Source of the DNA: Lama guanicoe
Lineage: Eukaryota
Length of the DNA: 64,000 nucleotides
NCBI GenBank assembly: GCA_013239625.1
Contig: MU054187.1
Coordinates: forward strand, 6,521,757-6,585,756
Direction of reading: 5' to 3'
Below are positions 12,052 through 25,942 of the stretch, piece by piece. Made by a program: the position numbers and the translations under genes. Positions within the stretch are counted from its first letter, which is position 1. Each line of letters begins with the position of its first letter. A model generated the notes under the pieces. The model searched no databases. It saw nothing but the letters and a program-made list of their open reading frames with translations, and had not been told where the DNA came from.

Positions 12052-14520
12052 CTGGTATTAATTCTTCTTTGAATGTTTGGTAGAATTCATCAATGAAGCT
12101 GTGTCTGGTCCTGGACTTTTGTTTGTTGTAGATTTTTGATTACTGATTCAATATCTTTGCTAGTAATTGGTCTGTTCAGATTTTCTATGTCTTTTTGATT
12201 CAGTCTTGGTAGGTTGTATGTTTCTAGGAACTTATCCATTTCTTGTAGGCCGCCTAATTTGTTGGTGTATAATTGCTCATAGTAATCTTTTATGATCCTT
12301 TATATTTCGATGGTATCCAGTGTAGTATCTCCTCTTTCATTTCTGATTCTATTTGTTTGAGTCTTCTTTCTCTTCTTCTTGATGAGTTTAGCTGGAGGTT
12401 TATCAATGTTGTTTATCTTGTCAAAGAACCAGCTCTTACTTTCTTTCATCATTTCTATTATTTTTGTCTCTATTTCACTTATTTATACCCTAACCTTTGT
12501 TATTTCCTTCCTTCTAATAACTTTGGGCTTCTTTGCTGCTGTTGGTCTTCTAGTTCCTTGAGCTGCAAACTTAGCTTGCTTATTTTAAGACTTTTGAGAT
12601 AGGCATTTGTCACTATAAACTTCTCTCTTAGAACTGCTTTTGCTGCATCCCACAAATTTTGGTGTTATTTTTCCATTTTCATTTGTCTCAAGGTGTATTT
12701 TTATTTACCATTTGATTTCTTCTTTGACCCATTGATTGTTCACTAGCATGCTGTTTAATCTCCACATATTTGTACATTTTTCAGTTTTTTTTCATGTAAT
12801 TGATTTCTAGCTTCACGCCACTGTAGTAAGAGAAGATGCTTGATACAATTTCAATCCTCTTAAATTTATTATGACTTTCTTTGTGGTCTAATATATGACT
12901 TATCCCGGAGAATGTTCCATGTGCATTTGGGAAGAATGTGTATTTTGTTGCTTTTGTTGGAATGTTCTATATATATCTGTTAAGTCAGTTGGTCTAGTGT
13001 GTCATTTCAAGCCAATGTTTCTTTATTGATTTTCTGTCTGGATGATCTATCTGTTGCTGTAAGTGGGGTACTAAAGTCCCCTACTATTATTGTATTGCTA
13101 TCAATTTTTTCTTTGGGTCCATTAGCTTTATATATTTAGGTGCTCCTATATTGGGTGCATAAATATTTACAAATGTTTTATCTTCTTGTTAGACTGACCC
13201 CTTTACCATGATGTAACACTCTTCTTTGCCTCTTATTATAGTCTTTGTTTTAAAGTTGATTTTGTCTGATAAAAGTATAGATATTCCAGCTTTCTTTTGG
13301 TTCCCACTTGCACAGAATATCTTTTTCCATCCCTTCACGTTCAGTCTGTGTGTGTCCTAAGGCATAAAATGAGTCTCCCACAGGCAGCACATAGATAGGT
13401 CTTGATTTTTGATCCATTCAACCACTCTGTCTTTTGATGTGAGAATTTATTCTGTTTACACTTAAATTAATTATTAATAGGTATGTACTTGTTGTAATTT
13501 TCTTAGCTGCTTTATGGCTTTTTTGGTAGTTTCTCTCTGTTCCTTTCTACTCTTGCTCTCTTCCTTGCAGTTTGATTAGTTGGGTATCCTTATATTCCTT
13601 TCTCTTTATCTTTCGTGTGTTTACTACAGACTTTTTGTTTGTGGTTACTATAAGGCTTACATATAACATCTTGTATCTATAACAATCTAAGTTCATAACT
13701 ACTTCAGCTTGATCCCATTCTAAAGCACAACAATTTTACTCCTCCCCTCAATATTTTATGTTTTTGATACACATTTTACATCTTTCTATCTTGTGCATCC
13801 CTTGGCTAGCTATTGTAATCATAGTTATTTTTCACTGCTTATGTCTTTTAACTTTCATACTAGCTTCATAAGTGACTGATCCACTACTTTACTATATATT
13901 TACCTTTCCAGTCAGACATGCTTTTTCAAATGTTTCCTTATTACCAATTAGCACTCCTTTTTTCAGCTTAAATAATTTCCTTTAAAATTTCTCATAGGGC
14001 TGGCTTAGTGAAGATGAACGTCTTTAGCTTTTGCTTGTCTAGAAGACGTGCTATCTCTCTTTCAATTCTGAATGATGACTTTTGCTAAGTACCGTATTCT
14101 TGGTTGAAAGTTTTTCTTCCTTCAGTACTTCGAATAGATAGCGCCACTCCCTCTAGTCTACAAAGTTTCTGCTGAAAAGATCTGCTGGCAGCCTTACAGG
14201 GTTTCTCTCATATATAACAAGTTGTTTTTCTCTTGCTGCTTTAATATTATCACCTTGTCTTTAACTTTTGACATTTTAATTATAGTGTGTCTTGGTGTGG
14301 GTCTCTTTGGGTTCTTATTGTTGGAACTCTCTGACCTTCCTGGATCTGTTTTCCTCCCCAGGTTAGGGAAATTTTCAGCCACTGTAATTTCAAAGATTTA
14401 TGCCCCTTTCTCTCTCTCTTCTCCTTCTGGAAGTCCTATAACAAGAATGTTAGTCTATTTGATAGTGTCCTGTAAGTCTCTTAAGCTGTCTTTACTTTTT
14501 AATTCTTTTTTTTCCCTGCC
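12052..14520 (-). mobile_element. LINE-1 internal fragment (ORF1 3' half to ORF2 endonuclease/linker), degenerate
   Basis: The minus ORF 14194-14382 MAENFPNL...PRHTIIKMSKVKDK is L1 ORF1p-like. gagaatgttccatgtgcatttgggaagaatgtgtatt is the antisense endonuclease motif. Many stops and frameshifts. Confidence 0.9.
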
Positions 14521-14779
14521 TTGTTCTAGACTTGCTTTGATTCTACTAAAGGTTTCATATTATCTGGCTAAAAGTCAATTCTGTCTTGTAATATGCACCA
14601 TTTCCTTTAGTTTGAATTTTATAAATATTTTTCACGGTATGTTTAAAAAATAAAAAGTAAAAAAAATTTTACTGGCACTTATTGGAAATTTAAAAAAAAT
14701 GAAAAAGAAAATAAAAATTAACCATAATTCCTCAGTCCAGAGAGAACCACAATTCATGTTTTGGTGCTTTTCCTTTTTA

Positions 14780-16810
14780 CCTTTTATTGAGATATAACTC
14801 ACATACCACATAATTCTCTCATTTAAAGTGTACATTTAGTGGTTTTTAGTATATCCATAGAGTTGTGTAACCATTACCACAAGCTACTTTTAGAACATTT
14901 TTACCACCCCTCAACAAAATCCCACCCGCATTACCAGTCATTCCGCATTCATCACTTCCTCCATTCCTTCCAGAGCTGTGGGAAACTACTAATCTACTTT
15001 CTGTCTGGATAGGTTTGCCAATTCTGGATGTTTTACATTAAAAGAATCATACAATACATGCTCCTTTGTGACTGGCTTCTTTCACTTCACATGTTTTCAA
15101 GGCTTATCTAGTATCTAACAGTACTTCACTCCTTTTTATTGCTGAATAATATTTCACTGAAGAGCTACCCCAATTTTTTTTACCCATTTGTCAATTGATA
15201 GCCATTCTAGTTCTTCCCACTTTTGACAATTATGAATACTCTTGCTATGAACATTCATGTACACAAAATAGCTTCACCATTTTATATTCCCCCCAGTAAT
15301 GTATGAGGGTCCCCATTTCTCCACATCCTTGCCAACACTATTTACTGTCTTTTTTTTTAGTAACATTCGTATTTGTTGGTGTGAAGCTATATATCTCATT
15401 GATTTGCATTTTCCTAGTGACTAATGATACCAAGGATCTTTTCCTGTGTTTAGTGGCCATTTGTACAGCTTTTAGGAAAATTATCTATTCAAATCCTTTT
15501 CCAGTTTTCTGGGGGTTATTTGTCTTTTTATTATTGAGTTGTAAAACATACATGTATTCTGGATACAATTCCCTTGTCAGATATAACATTTGCAAATATT
15601 TTTCCCATTCAGTAAGTTGTGCTTTCACTTTCTATTCTTTGAAGCATAGAAGTTTTTAATTTTGATGAAATTCAGTCTGTTTATCACTTTTCTTGTGTGT
15701 ACTTTTGGCATCATATCAAAAACAAAAACAAAACATTGCCTAACCTGAGGTCATGAAGAAGTCACTCCTATATTTTTTCCTAGGAGTTTCACATTTAGGT
15801 CTATAATTCATTTTGACTTAATTTTTGTGTATAGTGGAAGGTAGGATTCCAACTTCAGTCTTTTGCATGAAGACATCCACTTGTCCCTGCATCGTTGGTT
15901 AAAAAGACTACTCTTTCCCCATTAAATGGTATTGCTTCCCTTCATGGAAATCAACTGACCATAAATGTATGGATTTATTTCTGGGCTCTCAATTTTACTC
16001 CATTATTCCACTGTGTCTGTACTATGCTAGTATAACACTGTCTTGGTTATTGTAGCTTTGAAATAAGTTTTAAACTGTGAAATGTAAATCATTCAACTTT
16101 ACTCTTCTTTTTCAAGATTCATTTAGCTATTCCAGGTCCCTCGCATTTTCATACGTATTTCAGTCTGTCAATTTTGGGGAAAAAAGAAATGGAACTAGGA
16201 CTTTGATAGGGACTGCACTGAATCTCTAGACCTCCTCTGGAGTACATCATAATAATATTATCCTCCAGTACATGAACATGAGATGTCATTCCATTTATCT
16301 GGATACTTAGCTTCCTGCAAGAATATTTTATAGTTTTCATTATACAAGTCTTGCACATTTTTTGTTAAATTTATTTCTAGGTATTTTATTCTTTTTGACG
16401 ATATTTTAAATGAAATTAATTTTCACTTTTCATTGCTTGTGTATTGAAATATAATTAATGTTTGTGTATTAATCTTGTAGACTACAACTTTGCCTAACTC
16501 ATTTATTAGTCCTAGTAGTTTTTAAAACTGGATTCCTTAGGAATTTATATACACTAGATCATGTCAACTGAAGATCGTTGAACTGCTTTTCCCATCTGGG
16601 TGCCTTTTATTTATTTTTCTTGCTTAATGGCCTTGGCTAGAACCTCTAGTACAATATAGAATAGAGGTGGTGAGAACAGACATCCTTGTCTTGCTCCTGG
16701 CATTAGGGAAAAGCAGTCTTTCACCATTAGGTGTGAGGTTAATTGTCTGTTTTGTAGATGCCCTATATCAGGTTGAGGAAATTTCCTTCTATCCCTAGTT
16801 TGTTCAGTGG
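14780..16810 (-). mobile_element. LINE-1 3' portion (L1MB-like 3'UTR plus ORF2 RT/C-terminal region), degenerate
   Basis: Starts ttttattgagatataactcacatacc...aagtgtaca; contains atttctccacatccttgccaacact and gagaacagacatccttgtcttg. Confidence 0.88.
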
Positions 16811-16814
16811 ATCA

Positions 16815-17345
16815 CCACCATCTCTTTTTAAAACCTTTCAATAGCTCCTTATTTCTTATCAAGTAGAGTTAATGCTCCATATCCTGTGATAGAAGACCCT
16901 TCTAGAGTTTCCCCTGCTTGCTCTCCCTGTCTCATCTTGGGGTGGCTTCTCTGCACCTTCTTTTCCAAACTTCTTTCCAAAATGTTCAGCTCTATCTGTA
17001 GCAAACTGCATGTGGTTCCTAATATTCCATGTTACCTCGTGTCTCTTTGTTTTATCTTCTCCTTTATCCCTACTCATTACCTCCTAATTATACTTCAAGA
17101 CACAGCTTAAGTGCCACTAATTTTAAAAGATGTCAATTAACTAGACCTGGTTTAAATGCCCTTCTTCTGTATTCTTATAACACACTGCACATATTACTAT
17201 GATGGAGTTTAACACACTGTTCTGCACTGTTGATTTAAGTTTCTGTCAATCAGGTGGAATAAATTTCTTATAGGCAGGGGTCATATATTAACCATCTTTC
17301 ATCCTCAGTGCCTGGCACTCACTCAGTAATTTGGACAGGTGGATG
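16815..17345. mobile_element. L2 LINE fragment
   Basis: Pyrimidine-rich body ending ggcaggggtcatat...cctcagtgcctggcac...ggatggatg, the L2 3' end. Confidence 0.55.
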
Positions 17346-18019
17346 GATGCATGTTGAGATTTATGCTATTTTATAATATTGAGCATACGTGTATGAATAA
17401 GTAAAAAGACTTACACAACCCTAAAGTTCTTAGCAGTCATAAAAAGCAAGAGACCCTAAAGGTAAATGGAGCTGTTCCAGAGCCTTCAGAATAAAAATGC
17501 AGGAAAATGTGGTGACCAATAAAAAGACACATCAGGCAAAAACAACGTTTTGAGTCTGGTCTAAATTACTGGAAACAATGCTCTCTAGGAACCACCTTCC
17601 TAGGGACTTTTATCCCTCATTTCTCCCACCCCTTACCAACAATATCCACCACCAGTTATTATATGTTCCATTTAACTCAAAAATATGGTGGAATATATAC
17701 TAGGTAAACAACCATGTTCATGCACAAAAGAAATGAGTTGCAGCCGCTGACTGCAATAAAAGCAAGTTTCACCAAATGGTTAACACTCACAAAGAAGAGT
17801 CAGTGAGACATTAGAAGCAGTCAATAATTAAATCTTAAAATGGGTAGTACAGAATATAGCAGCTCAGTGTAGAGAGACTTACGATTACTGATTGTGCACT
17901 AGCAATACGCCAGTCCTGGGCTGGATGTTGATTAGATAATGTTGAATGATTCAGAATCTGTGTATTCAAGGAATTTATAGCCTAGTGAGGGAGTAATGCA
18001 AGTTAACATATACCTTATG

Positions 18020-19010
18020 TATTCATGCAGCACATGGCATCATAGACACCATCCTAGGGGTGCTTGTGATACAGCAATGAATTAAAGAGACCAAAATATC
18101 CGCTCAGATAAAGCACACATTCTAGTTGGCAGAGGAAGGCAATAAGCAAGTAGATAAATGTTATATCATATGATAAAAAGTAAATACTATGGAAAAGAAA
18201 AAAACAGGTTAGGGTGGCAGACTGCTGGGCGTGGATGAGAATCTGCTGTAAGTTAGAGTCATTGTGATTGGCCTCATTGAGAAGGTGACGTGGGTGCTGA
18301 GACTGGAAGGAGATGAGGTTGTTAGCCATACAGCTATTGTGGGAAGGACGCTCCAAGCAGAAGGGGCAGTCAAGCCAGTGTCCTGAGGTGGGAGTGCTGG
18401 AGTAGTCACAGAATAGCAAAAAAGCTCTAGTTCTGGAGTCAAGAGGCAAAGAGCGGTGGTAGAAGATGTGGTCAGAGAGGCTGAGTGCCCTATGGACCCT
18501 GGAAGGACTTTGGTCTTAGTAAAATGGGGAACAACTGGAGGTCTTTAAGTAGAAGAGTGATGCAACCAAATTTATGTTTTAAACAGATTATTCTGGCTGC
18601 TTGTGAAGAACAGACTTGAGGTACAAGAGCAGAAGCAGGGAAATAGGTCAGGAGATGATGGACAAAACTCAGGCTACAGATTATTCTAGTGGCTGAGATC
18701 AGAGTGAGAACAGTGGAGGTGGTGGGAAGAGAACCAGATTCTGGACATATTTTAAGTTAGAGCCACCAGGATTGGATGCATGATTTTTGAACCAGAAAGG
18801 ATTCAAAGATGAATTTAGGGTTTGGGTTGGGGCTCATTCCTAGGAGAATGGGGAAGGATGGAGAGGAGGCAAGACTTCAGGTGAAACCAATGGGGGGAGT
18901 GGGGTCAGGGAGCTCATTATAAGCTTGAAATCTTCCAAGTGGAGATTCATGTTGGCAGCTGGATATGTAAGTACCTAGGCAGAGATGAGCAGAGGATTCT
19001 ACGGGAACAT
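18020..19010. mobile_element. L2 LINE fragment (opposite orientation)
   Basis: ggcctcattgagaaggtgac...gactggaaggagatgagg...gattattctggctgc...gattctggacatattttaag...agctggatatgtaagt. Confidence 0.65.
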
Positions 19011-20249
19011 GTAGAAAGGGCATTTGAGGAAATGACAAATACTGCCTCTTGAAAGGAGGCTGGTGTGGTTAGAAGGCTCTGGGAAGTGAGGTGGGCATTG
19101 AGCAATAGGAAAAATTTGGCTACAGAGAGAGTAGTAAGAGAATTCCAGGCACAGGAAATATTCAAGCAAGATCCTTGGAACAGGAACAAGCATGGTGAGT
19201 TTGTGAGAGTGAGCAGAGACCTGCCTGAGCTAAAGAGTTCTTGTTGGAAACACTGGAGCATAAACATGGACAGGGGACTTGGCGCAAGAGTTTCGGGTGC
19301 CTTGAAGGCTAGGCTCCTCGTCTAGAATATCACCCCTGGCCCTCTGATCCGCGCCCGGCTCCCTCCCCAGCCCTCTGGGCCTGCGTTCACATTTCCATCT
19401 TAGCTCCGTCTCGGAGCATTCTGAATCTGTTTACTGCTCTCTCATCTCCCCTAGATTATAAGTTCTTTGAAGCAAAGACCTTATATTTTGATTTTTATTT
19501 ACCACAATGATTCATTAGTGGAATTATAATAAATGTTTGTTCTAAGAGTGAATTATATTTGACACATGCACCTCCTTATCATATTTTCATTTCAATGCTT
19601 ATGGGGGATTTTTAATTAAAAAAGACATCCTCATCTTTACTGAACAGGTGAAAGATCCATTACAATCAGCCTACTTTATAAGCGCTAACACCTAGAAAGT
19701 TTGCCGAAAACAGGATTTTTCAAAACAGCAACTCTTAACTAACAGAAGAGCATAACAAACACCCCACAAGCTGATGAGAAGGAACCTCTGGAAACTCAAA
19801 GGCGGAGAACACAGATCAGGTTGCTATGAATTAATTAAAGAGCGGGAAATGAACAGTGGATTTGCAATAAGGGCGTGTGTCTAGGCTACCTGCATACCTT
19901 AAAAGGATGGAGGGACTAAAGTGCTAACTGCATCTCAGATAATAAACTTTAGCATTTGTTACTCATCCTTCCAGAGATCTGTCAGCAGAGCCCTGAGCTC
20001 AGCTTGCCCCCAAGAGCCCCTGAGATGACAAGGGAGGAGATTCAATGCCAAGCTCAATCCCAAGCCCTGGCAAAAAAAGAGTAGGATGGACCATCACATG
20101 TGGCTTCAACCAACCAGTCACCACTGACCTGGGGGTTGCCCACCAGAACCAAATCGCAGCCCTGCTCAACTCAAGCTACAGGGAAATGGCCGCTGCTTGA
20201 GCCACCAACTGGGTATTTTTGAATGTCACAAAGAACCCTCCAGGGGCAG

Positions 20250-20880
20250 TGAATGCACGCACCAAGTCATCTAAAATTATGCCCGTGTTAATTACCATAC
20301 TAGCCTTGCCTCTAGCCCTGACTCTCCCGACTTAAAAATACTACCACTTGTTTCCCTCGAAATGACAAGATTGCTTTGTTCATTTTGGAGACAGTATCTG
20401 CTAAAACCCCAAATCTGAAAATCCATGCTTTGCCTTTCAGTTCTTCTTTCACAAATAAATGGTGCCCCACGTGAAAAGCAGCTAGGTCAGCTCCCAAGTC
20501 AAACCATGACACAAGGGCATTTCCTCGAGAGAACTTGGAGGAACCTCCGTGCACAGTGGAAGTGCTTCACGTGAAACACCCATTTCCTCACGTGAAACAC
20601 TAAAAAGGTGTGTATTCAAGGGTCGAAATTCCATAGAGTTACCGGTTTGTGGACCTGACATGTATTTCTCCCCTGGGGCTGGCAGTGTGGAAGACAATGA
20701 GTTCTAGTACAGTTTGGTGCCACTGTCTTGATTTGTGTTGCACTCTTGGTGCAAATGGCAACGCAGTGAAAAAGGCAAATCATCTTGATATTATTATGGA
20801 AATAGTTTTGACCTTGTGGTCGCCCTAAAATGGCCTCAAGGATCCCTGCAGGATGGCAGACTGCACTTTAAGAACTGCTG
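20250..20880. mobile_element. Charlie1-like hAT DNA transposon end fragment
   Basis: ccacttgtttccctcgaaatgacaag...aaatggtgccccacgtgaaaagcagctag...tattattatggaaatagttttgacct...cactttaagaactgctg. Confidence 0.7.
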
Positions 20881-22564
20881 CTGTCTACAAATCCCTTTGT
20901 GCACCTTGAAATTCTTGGGTCAAAATCTATAAATATTTTAAGGTGCCTGATACTTACTAGAAATTGCCTTTCAGACATGATCCACCAATCTGCATTTCCC
21001 TCTGCAGTGTATGAAAGACCATTATCAGGCGAACCCTCTACCTTTTTTAGAATTAAAGCTCCTATGTTCTGTTTATAGGTAAGATGAAGAGTCCAAATAT
21101 TTAACTCATGGCTCTGTGTCTGGAGAGAGTAATTTCTCTTCAATTTCTGTTACTTCACCCAATTCAGATATCTCAACCATTCAATACACTGCTCATGTGA
21201 ACTCTAACCCATCTTCCAAAACAATATCTGTTGCAACAGATCCATGAATTTAGAAAAGGAAACAGTGACAAAAATAAGTGCATGGCCCATTACCTTCCCT
21301 CCTCTGTGGTCCAAGAAAACCCTCTTCTACACTAATTCATTACACATAGACTGGTAATCAGCTGTGTTTCAACTCCTTTGATCTAAAATGTGATTTTTAG
21401 GCATGTGTTCATTATAATAAAATTCAAGGCAAAAGTAATTAATGTATAATCATAAGAATGGACAAGAATTTAGGGTAGTTTCTAATTAACTGACTGATTC
21501 CATGAAGTCTGACATAAAATTCTTTCCAGATAAAATCACCTTAATCAAAAATCCTCCAAGACAAGATTCTGTAGTTTTATGGATTTTACAGTATATTGAA
21601 CCTCATTGTTATTAGTGATAAATTTAATAAAATAAGATTTATCTTGGGCCCAGATCAAAGGTATTTGGTTCCACAGGGGCCCATTTCACAATGTAGACTG
21701 CATTACACAAAATAGTCCACAAGGGTTGTTCCGCAAAGGCTGAGTGGTAGGCAGAAAATTCTAGAGAATATTTAGTTGGTTCCCAACGTATGAAGAATAG
21801 CCAGCACCATGTCTGGACACCCAAGAGATGCCCATTTCCCTTTCAAAGCCTAGCTCACTATCGGTAATTTTACCTCTTCGGGAAAGAACACATGTTAGAA
21901 AAGGAAAACACTTTTTCCAAAAAGGGATTTAAACATCATTAAAAAGCACAGATATTATTTGTATTTTTAAATGTAACTAATTATGTCTCCAGGACTATTA
22001 ATATTGTAAATGTAGCCTTGTGGTTAGGATTTACTAAACGAACACATCAATAAACGCTAGTTGCTTATACAATTTAAAAATCTATTTTCACACTTACAAA
22101 CATGGCATTTGAGATTGAAATAAAGCACCTAAAGAAAGACTGCATTGCTGATGACAAAGAATTTCAAGCAATTGATTTTTAAATAATTCAAGGAAAAATA
22201 AATTCAGTCCTAGCACAAGTTCCATTGATTCTCAAGAAAGAAATTACATGTATAATAACCCTTTTGATAGTTAAATAAGCCTTGCAAGTTAAATAGGCTT
22301 TTGAATGCATTTGGAGTCTTCTTAACCAAAACTAGAGTTATTTTTTTAAAAGCTGCTTTTATTCAGAATTTCTGAGATATCAGTAATTGTCCTAAGTGTG
22401 ATAGAAAAGAGTGATGACTGAACAAGACTGAACAAGGGTCACCCCAGTCTTCACCAGACTGAGTGTTTTAAAAGGCAACGTCCATGTTTAAGAAGAGTTC
22501 ACTTGAATGAGTATTTGTTAAAAGTTTTTCATTTGCCAAACCCAGTCAGACATGGACTCTAACC

Positions 22565-22960
22565 TTTCATTTATTCGTTCACCAAATGTTTATGGAGGTC
22601 TTACTGTGGGTCAGACCCTGTTCTAAGCACTGAGAATATGTGGGAAGGAAAGAGAGACCAGGTCCCTGCTCTTCTGGAATCTGCAGTCTATTGAGTGGTA
22701 GACAGAGGTGGGGTAATAAATGATAAACAAGCAAAAACTAAGTAAACAGGACTGTTTCAGACAGTGATTAGCGCCAGCAAGAAGGTAAAAGCAGAAGATG
22801 TGATAGAGTAATGGGAGATGTGAGGAAGCAACAAAAGAAGTATCTCTCAAGAGGAAGAATTGGAGCTTATATCGCAATGACGCGGAGAAAACAGACATTC
22901 AAGGATCCGGAACAGCAACTTCTAGGCAGATGAAACCACAAGTGCAAAGGCCTTTTAGGA
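22565..22960. mobile_element. L2 LINE 3' fragment
   Basis: ttcatttattcgttcaccaaatgtttatggagg...ctgttctaagcactgag...gtccctgctcttctggaatctgcagtcta. Confidence 0.65.
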
Positions 22961-23719
22961 GAAGACAGTTTAAAAATCATCAGCTTGGAAAGACAGGCAA
23001 GCGGAAGCTTCCTCCTTCCTCCAGCTCCCCAGCTCACCTCCTCCAGGTGTGCGCCACCTGATTGATGTTAGAACCTGACCCACCTCTAGACCCAAAAATC
23101 GACCCACCAGACCAGGGCGCTGCAGGGTTTCATACGCCTGCAGCAAGTCACAGCCTTGACTTTGTCTGACCTACATAGGGACATTTAGGAATTGTTATAC
23201 TGTGCAGGGAAGCATTATAAAAATCAAACAATATATAAACTGCTGTTGATAACTGAGGAAAACGGGCTCTGGCATGTAGGTGCAAATACCTGGGATTCTG
23301 GTGCTATTCATCTCAGTGAGAGACTTACCTCCGCCACTCTGGGGTGGAAACATGACAGCTGTTGATCTACTTGGCTGTTGTGAGCCGGCTGAGAACAGTG
23401 ATCTATAGAGTAAAACACTCCGTGCATTAAGAAAGCTGACACCTCGGAGACAGATATCCAGAGTTAATGGCAAACGGTGGTCTCCATGTTGTTGACAGAA
23501 CACCCCAAATCCTCAGGCCACTCATCAGCACGGTTATTTATCTTCTTCTCCAAGTCAAAGGAAGACATATGTCAAGCTTAAAAGCCCTAACGGGAACAGA
23601 AAGAAAAAAAAAAAAAGGAGATAGAGTAATTTGTAAGAAGCAGTTTTGAGTTTTGTTTTGGTTTTCCTAAAGAGGACTTTTGCAGTGACACTATTAAAAT
23701 CAGACATATTTCAATATGA

Positions 23720-25030
23720 CTGACACATAATATATATATAAAGTTTTGAAGGTGTAATCCATTCACATAGCATATAAATCAAAACAATATACAGAGGTAT
23801 TCAGGAAACATTTCTACTTCATTCCTCTCCTTCATTTCCGCAAGGGTAACTTCTTTCATTATTTTCTTGTGTCTTTGTTTTTTGTGTAACAGAAACAAAA
23901 GTATATATTCTTATTCTCCCCTTTTTATACAAATATTCTGTACTCTATACAGTGTTATCCACCTTACTTTATTATTTAAACATGTCTTGAGGATTTCAGC
24001 ATATCATTTTATAGAAAGGAAATCTTTCCCTTCAGCACATAGAGAAGTTTCTCCTTATTTTCACAGGTACAGATTATTCTATCATATGGATGTACCACCA
24101 TTTTCTAATTATAGTTGTGTATAAATGGATATTTGGTCTAATTCCAATCTTTTGCTATTCCAACCAAAATGCACCAAGGAACAAGTTTGTACATATGTTA
24201 TTTTGGACATGTACAATTATATCTGCAAGATAAATTCCCAGAAGTAGGATTTTTGTATGAATTAAAAATTATCCACTTGTAATTTGGGTAAATCTTCAAA
24301 AATATCCCTCCACGGGGGAAGCACTGCAACATCTACTACCATCAATCATTATGACAATGCCTATTACCCAAGGCCTTGCCAACACCATGTATCCTCAAAC
24401 TTTTGGATTTTTGACAGACTGAAAAAATGAAAAATATCTCGGTGATATGTTAATTTACATTTCTGTAATTATGACTGAAGTGGAGCATCTTTTCATATGG
24501 TAGAGTGGAATTTGTCTTTCTTTTCCCATTAATTTTCTGTTCATATCTCTCCCATTTTCTCCATTATGCTGTTGGTCTTATCAGTTTATATTAAGTAGAT
24601 TAGCTCTTTGTCGTATGTATTGCAAATATTTCTTATAGTTTTCTTTCAGTTATCTTTTGATTTTACTTGAAGGATTTTTTTGCTTTGTTTTGTTTTTGTT
24701 AGGTAAGAGGATTTTTTTTTTATTTGTAGTATTTATCAATTTTGTATGGTTTCTGGATTTTCTCCTACTGGATTTTCAAATTTTACGGCTTCTTTTTATT
24801 TCGCATTTTAAATTTTTGCAGTTTATCCTAGTATACAGCGTGAATTTTTCTCATTGTCGTCGTTTTCCTAGATGGCTGTATGGTCACACCAACACTATTT
24901 ATGGACACATTTATTTCTACCCTTCTGATTATACTTGCCATTTTCATTATATGCCATATATACTTGGGGCTCTCATTCACAGATCCCACACTGTTTTAAC
25001 TACTGGGGCTCAAAAATAAGTTTTAATATC
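23720..25030 (-). mobile_element. Old L1M (L1ME-like) fragments
   Basis: ttccaatcttttgctatt...gataaattcccagaagtaggatt...attatgactgaagtggagcatcttttcatatg. Confidence 0.65.
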
Positions 25031-25739
25031 CACTAGATTTGGTTGCTTTGAGAAAGTTTACTCAATATAAATTCACTGGCTGTGAAAAGAAATACAGCTA
25101 ATTGTCCAAAGCTGATGGTATGATTTCTTGGGTCAGAAGCCATGTGGCCTCCATCAGAACAGCTTCCTTCATGCTACTTCTACTATCTGCACCTCTCCTC
25201 ACCTCCACCCCATCAGACTTATCACTATAGCTGGAATTTGTGGGTACACAGAACTATTTTTTCCTCCATTCTCTGTGTTTTTATTTGTAAGATGGTGAAT
25301 GCAGTGCTTTTTAAAGTTTCGGTATGTGGGGGGGATTTAGACTTTCCCTACAGGCTGTTGGATCCAGATCCTAAAAGTTGTTCGGAGGAGCAGATAATCA
25401 TTAATTTTTAACAGATGAATTATGGAAACATAGGCTTCCAAGAATATATTTGGGAAAAACAGACATGCATAAAGGAGTAAGGCAAAAAAGAAAAGAGAGA
25501 GGGAGAAGAGAAAGGAAAAGAAGAGGAGAAAAAAAGAAAAGAAAGGAAAATGAAATAGGAAAAAAAAAAGTGTTTTTCAGGCTCCAGAGCTTGCTCCACT
25601 TTGAGCAAAGCCCTGAGGTCCTTGGAACCGCAAAGCAGACCCGGCCCCTCACCCACCCTCAGTGCTGCCAAGTGACCCGTAGGGTCCTCACAGCCTGGGA
25701 GACCAGCAGAGACTGGGCCCTGCCTCTCCTCCCCGTCCC

Positions 25740-25872
25740 GAGCCACAGAGACAGAGACAGTGCGAGACGGAGGCAGAGGGAGAGAGGCAGGGACGGAAAG
25801 GGGCCGGGAGACAGGGAGAGACGGAGAGACGGAGAGACGGAGAGACGGAGAGACAGAGAGACAGAAAGAGAA
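25740..25872 (+). repeat. GA-rich low-complexity region with (GGAGAGAC)n; repeated at 27996-28128
   Basis: ggagagacggagagacggagagacggagagacggagagac. Confidence 0.85.
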
Positions 25873-25942
25873 GTTAAACCTGAAGGAAGAATACGTAACA
25901 ATTCTCAGCAGGGGCGCAGCTCCAGGGCCTCGGGGGGGGGGG

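Noticed and set aside
12052..16810. Active LINE-1
   Set aside because: Fragmented, with many stops and frameshifts and no 5'UTR.
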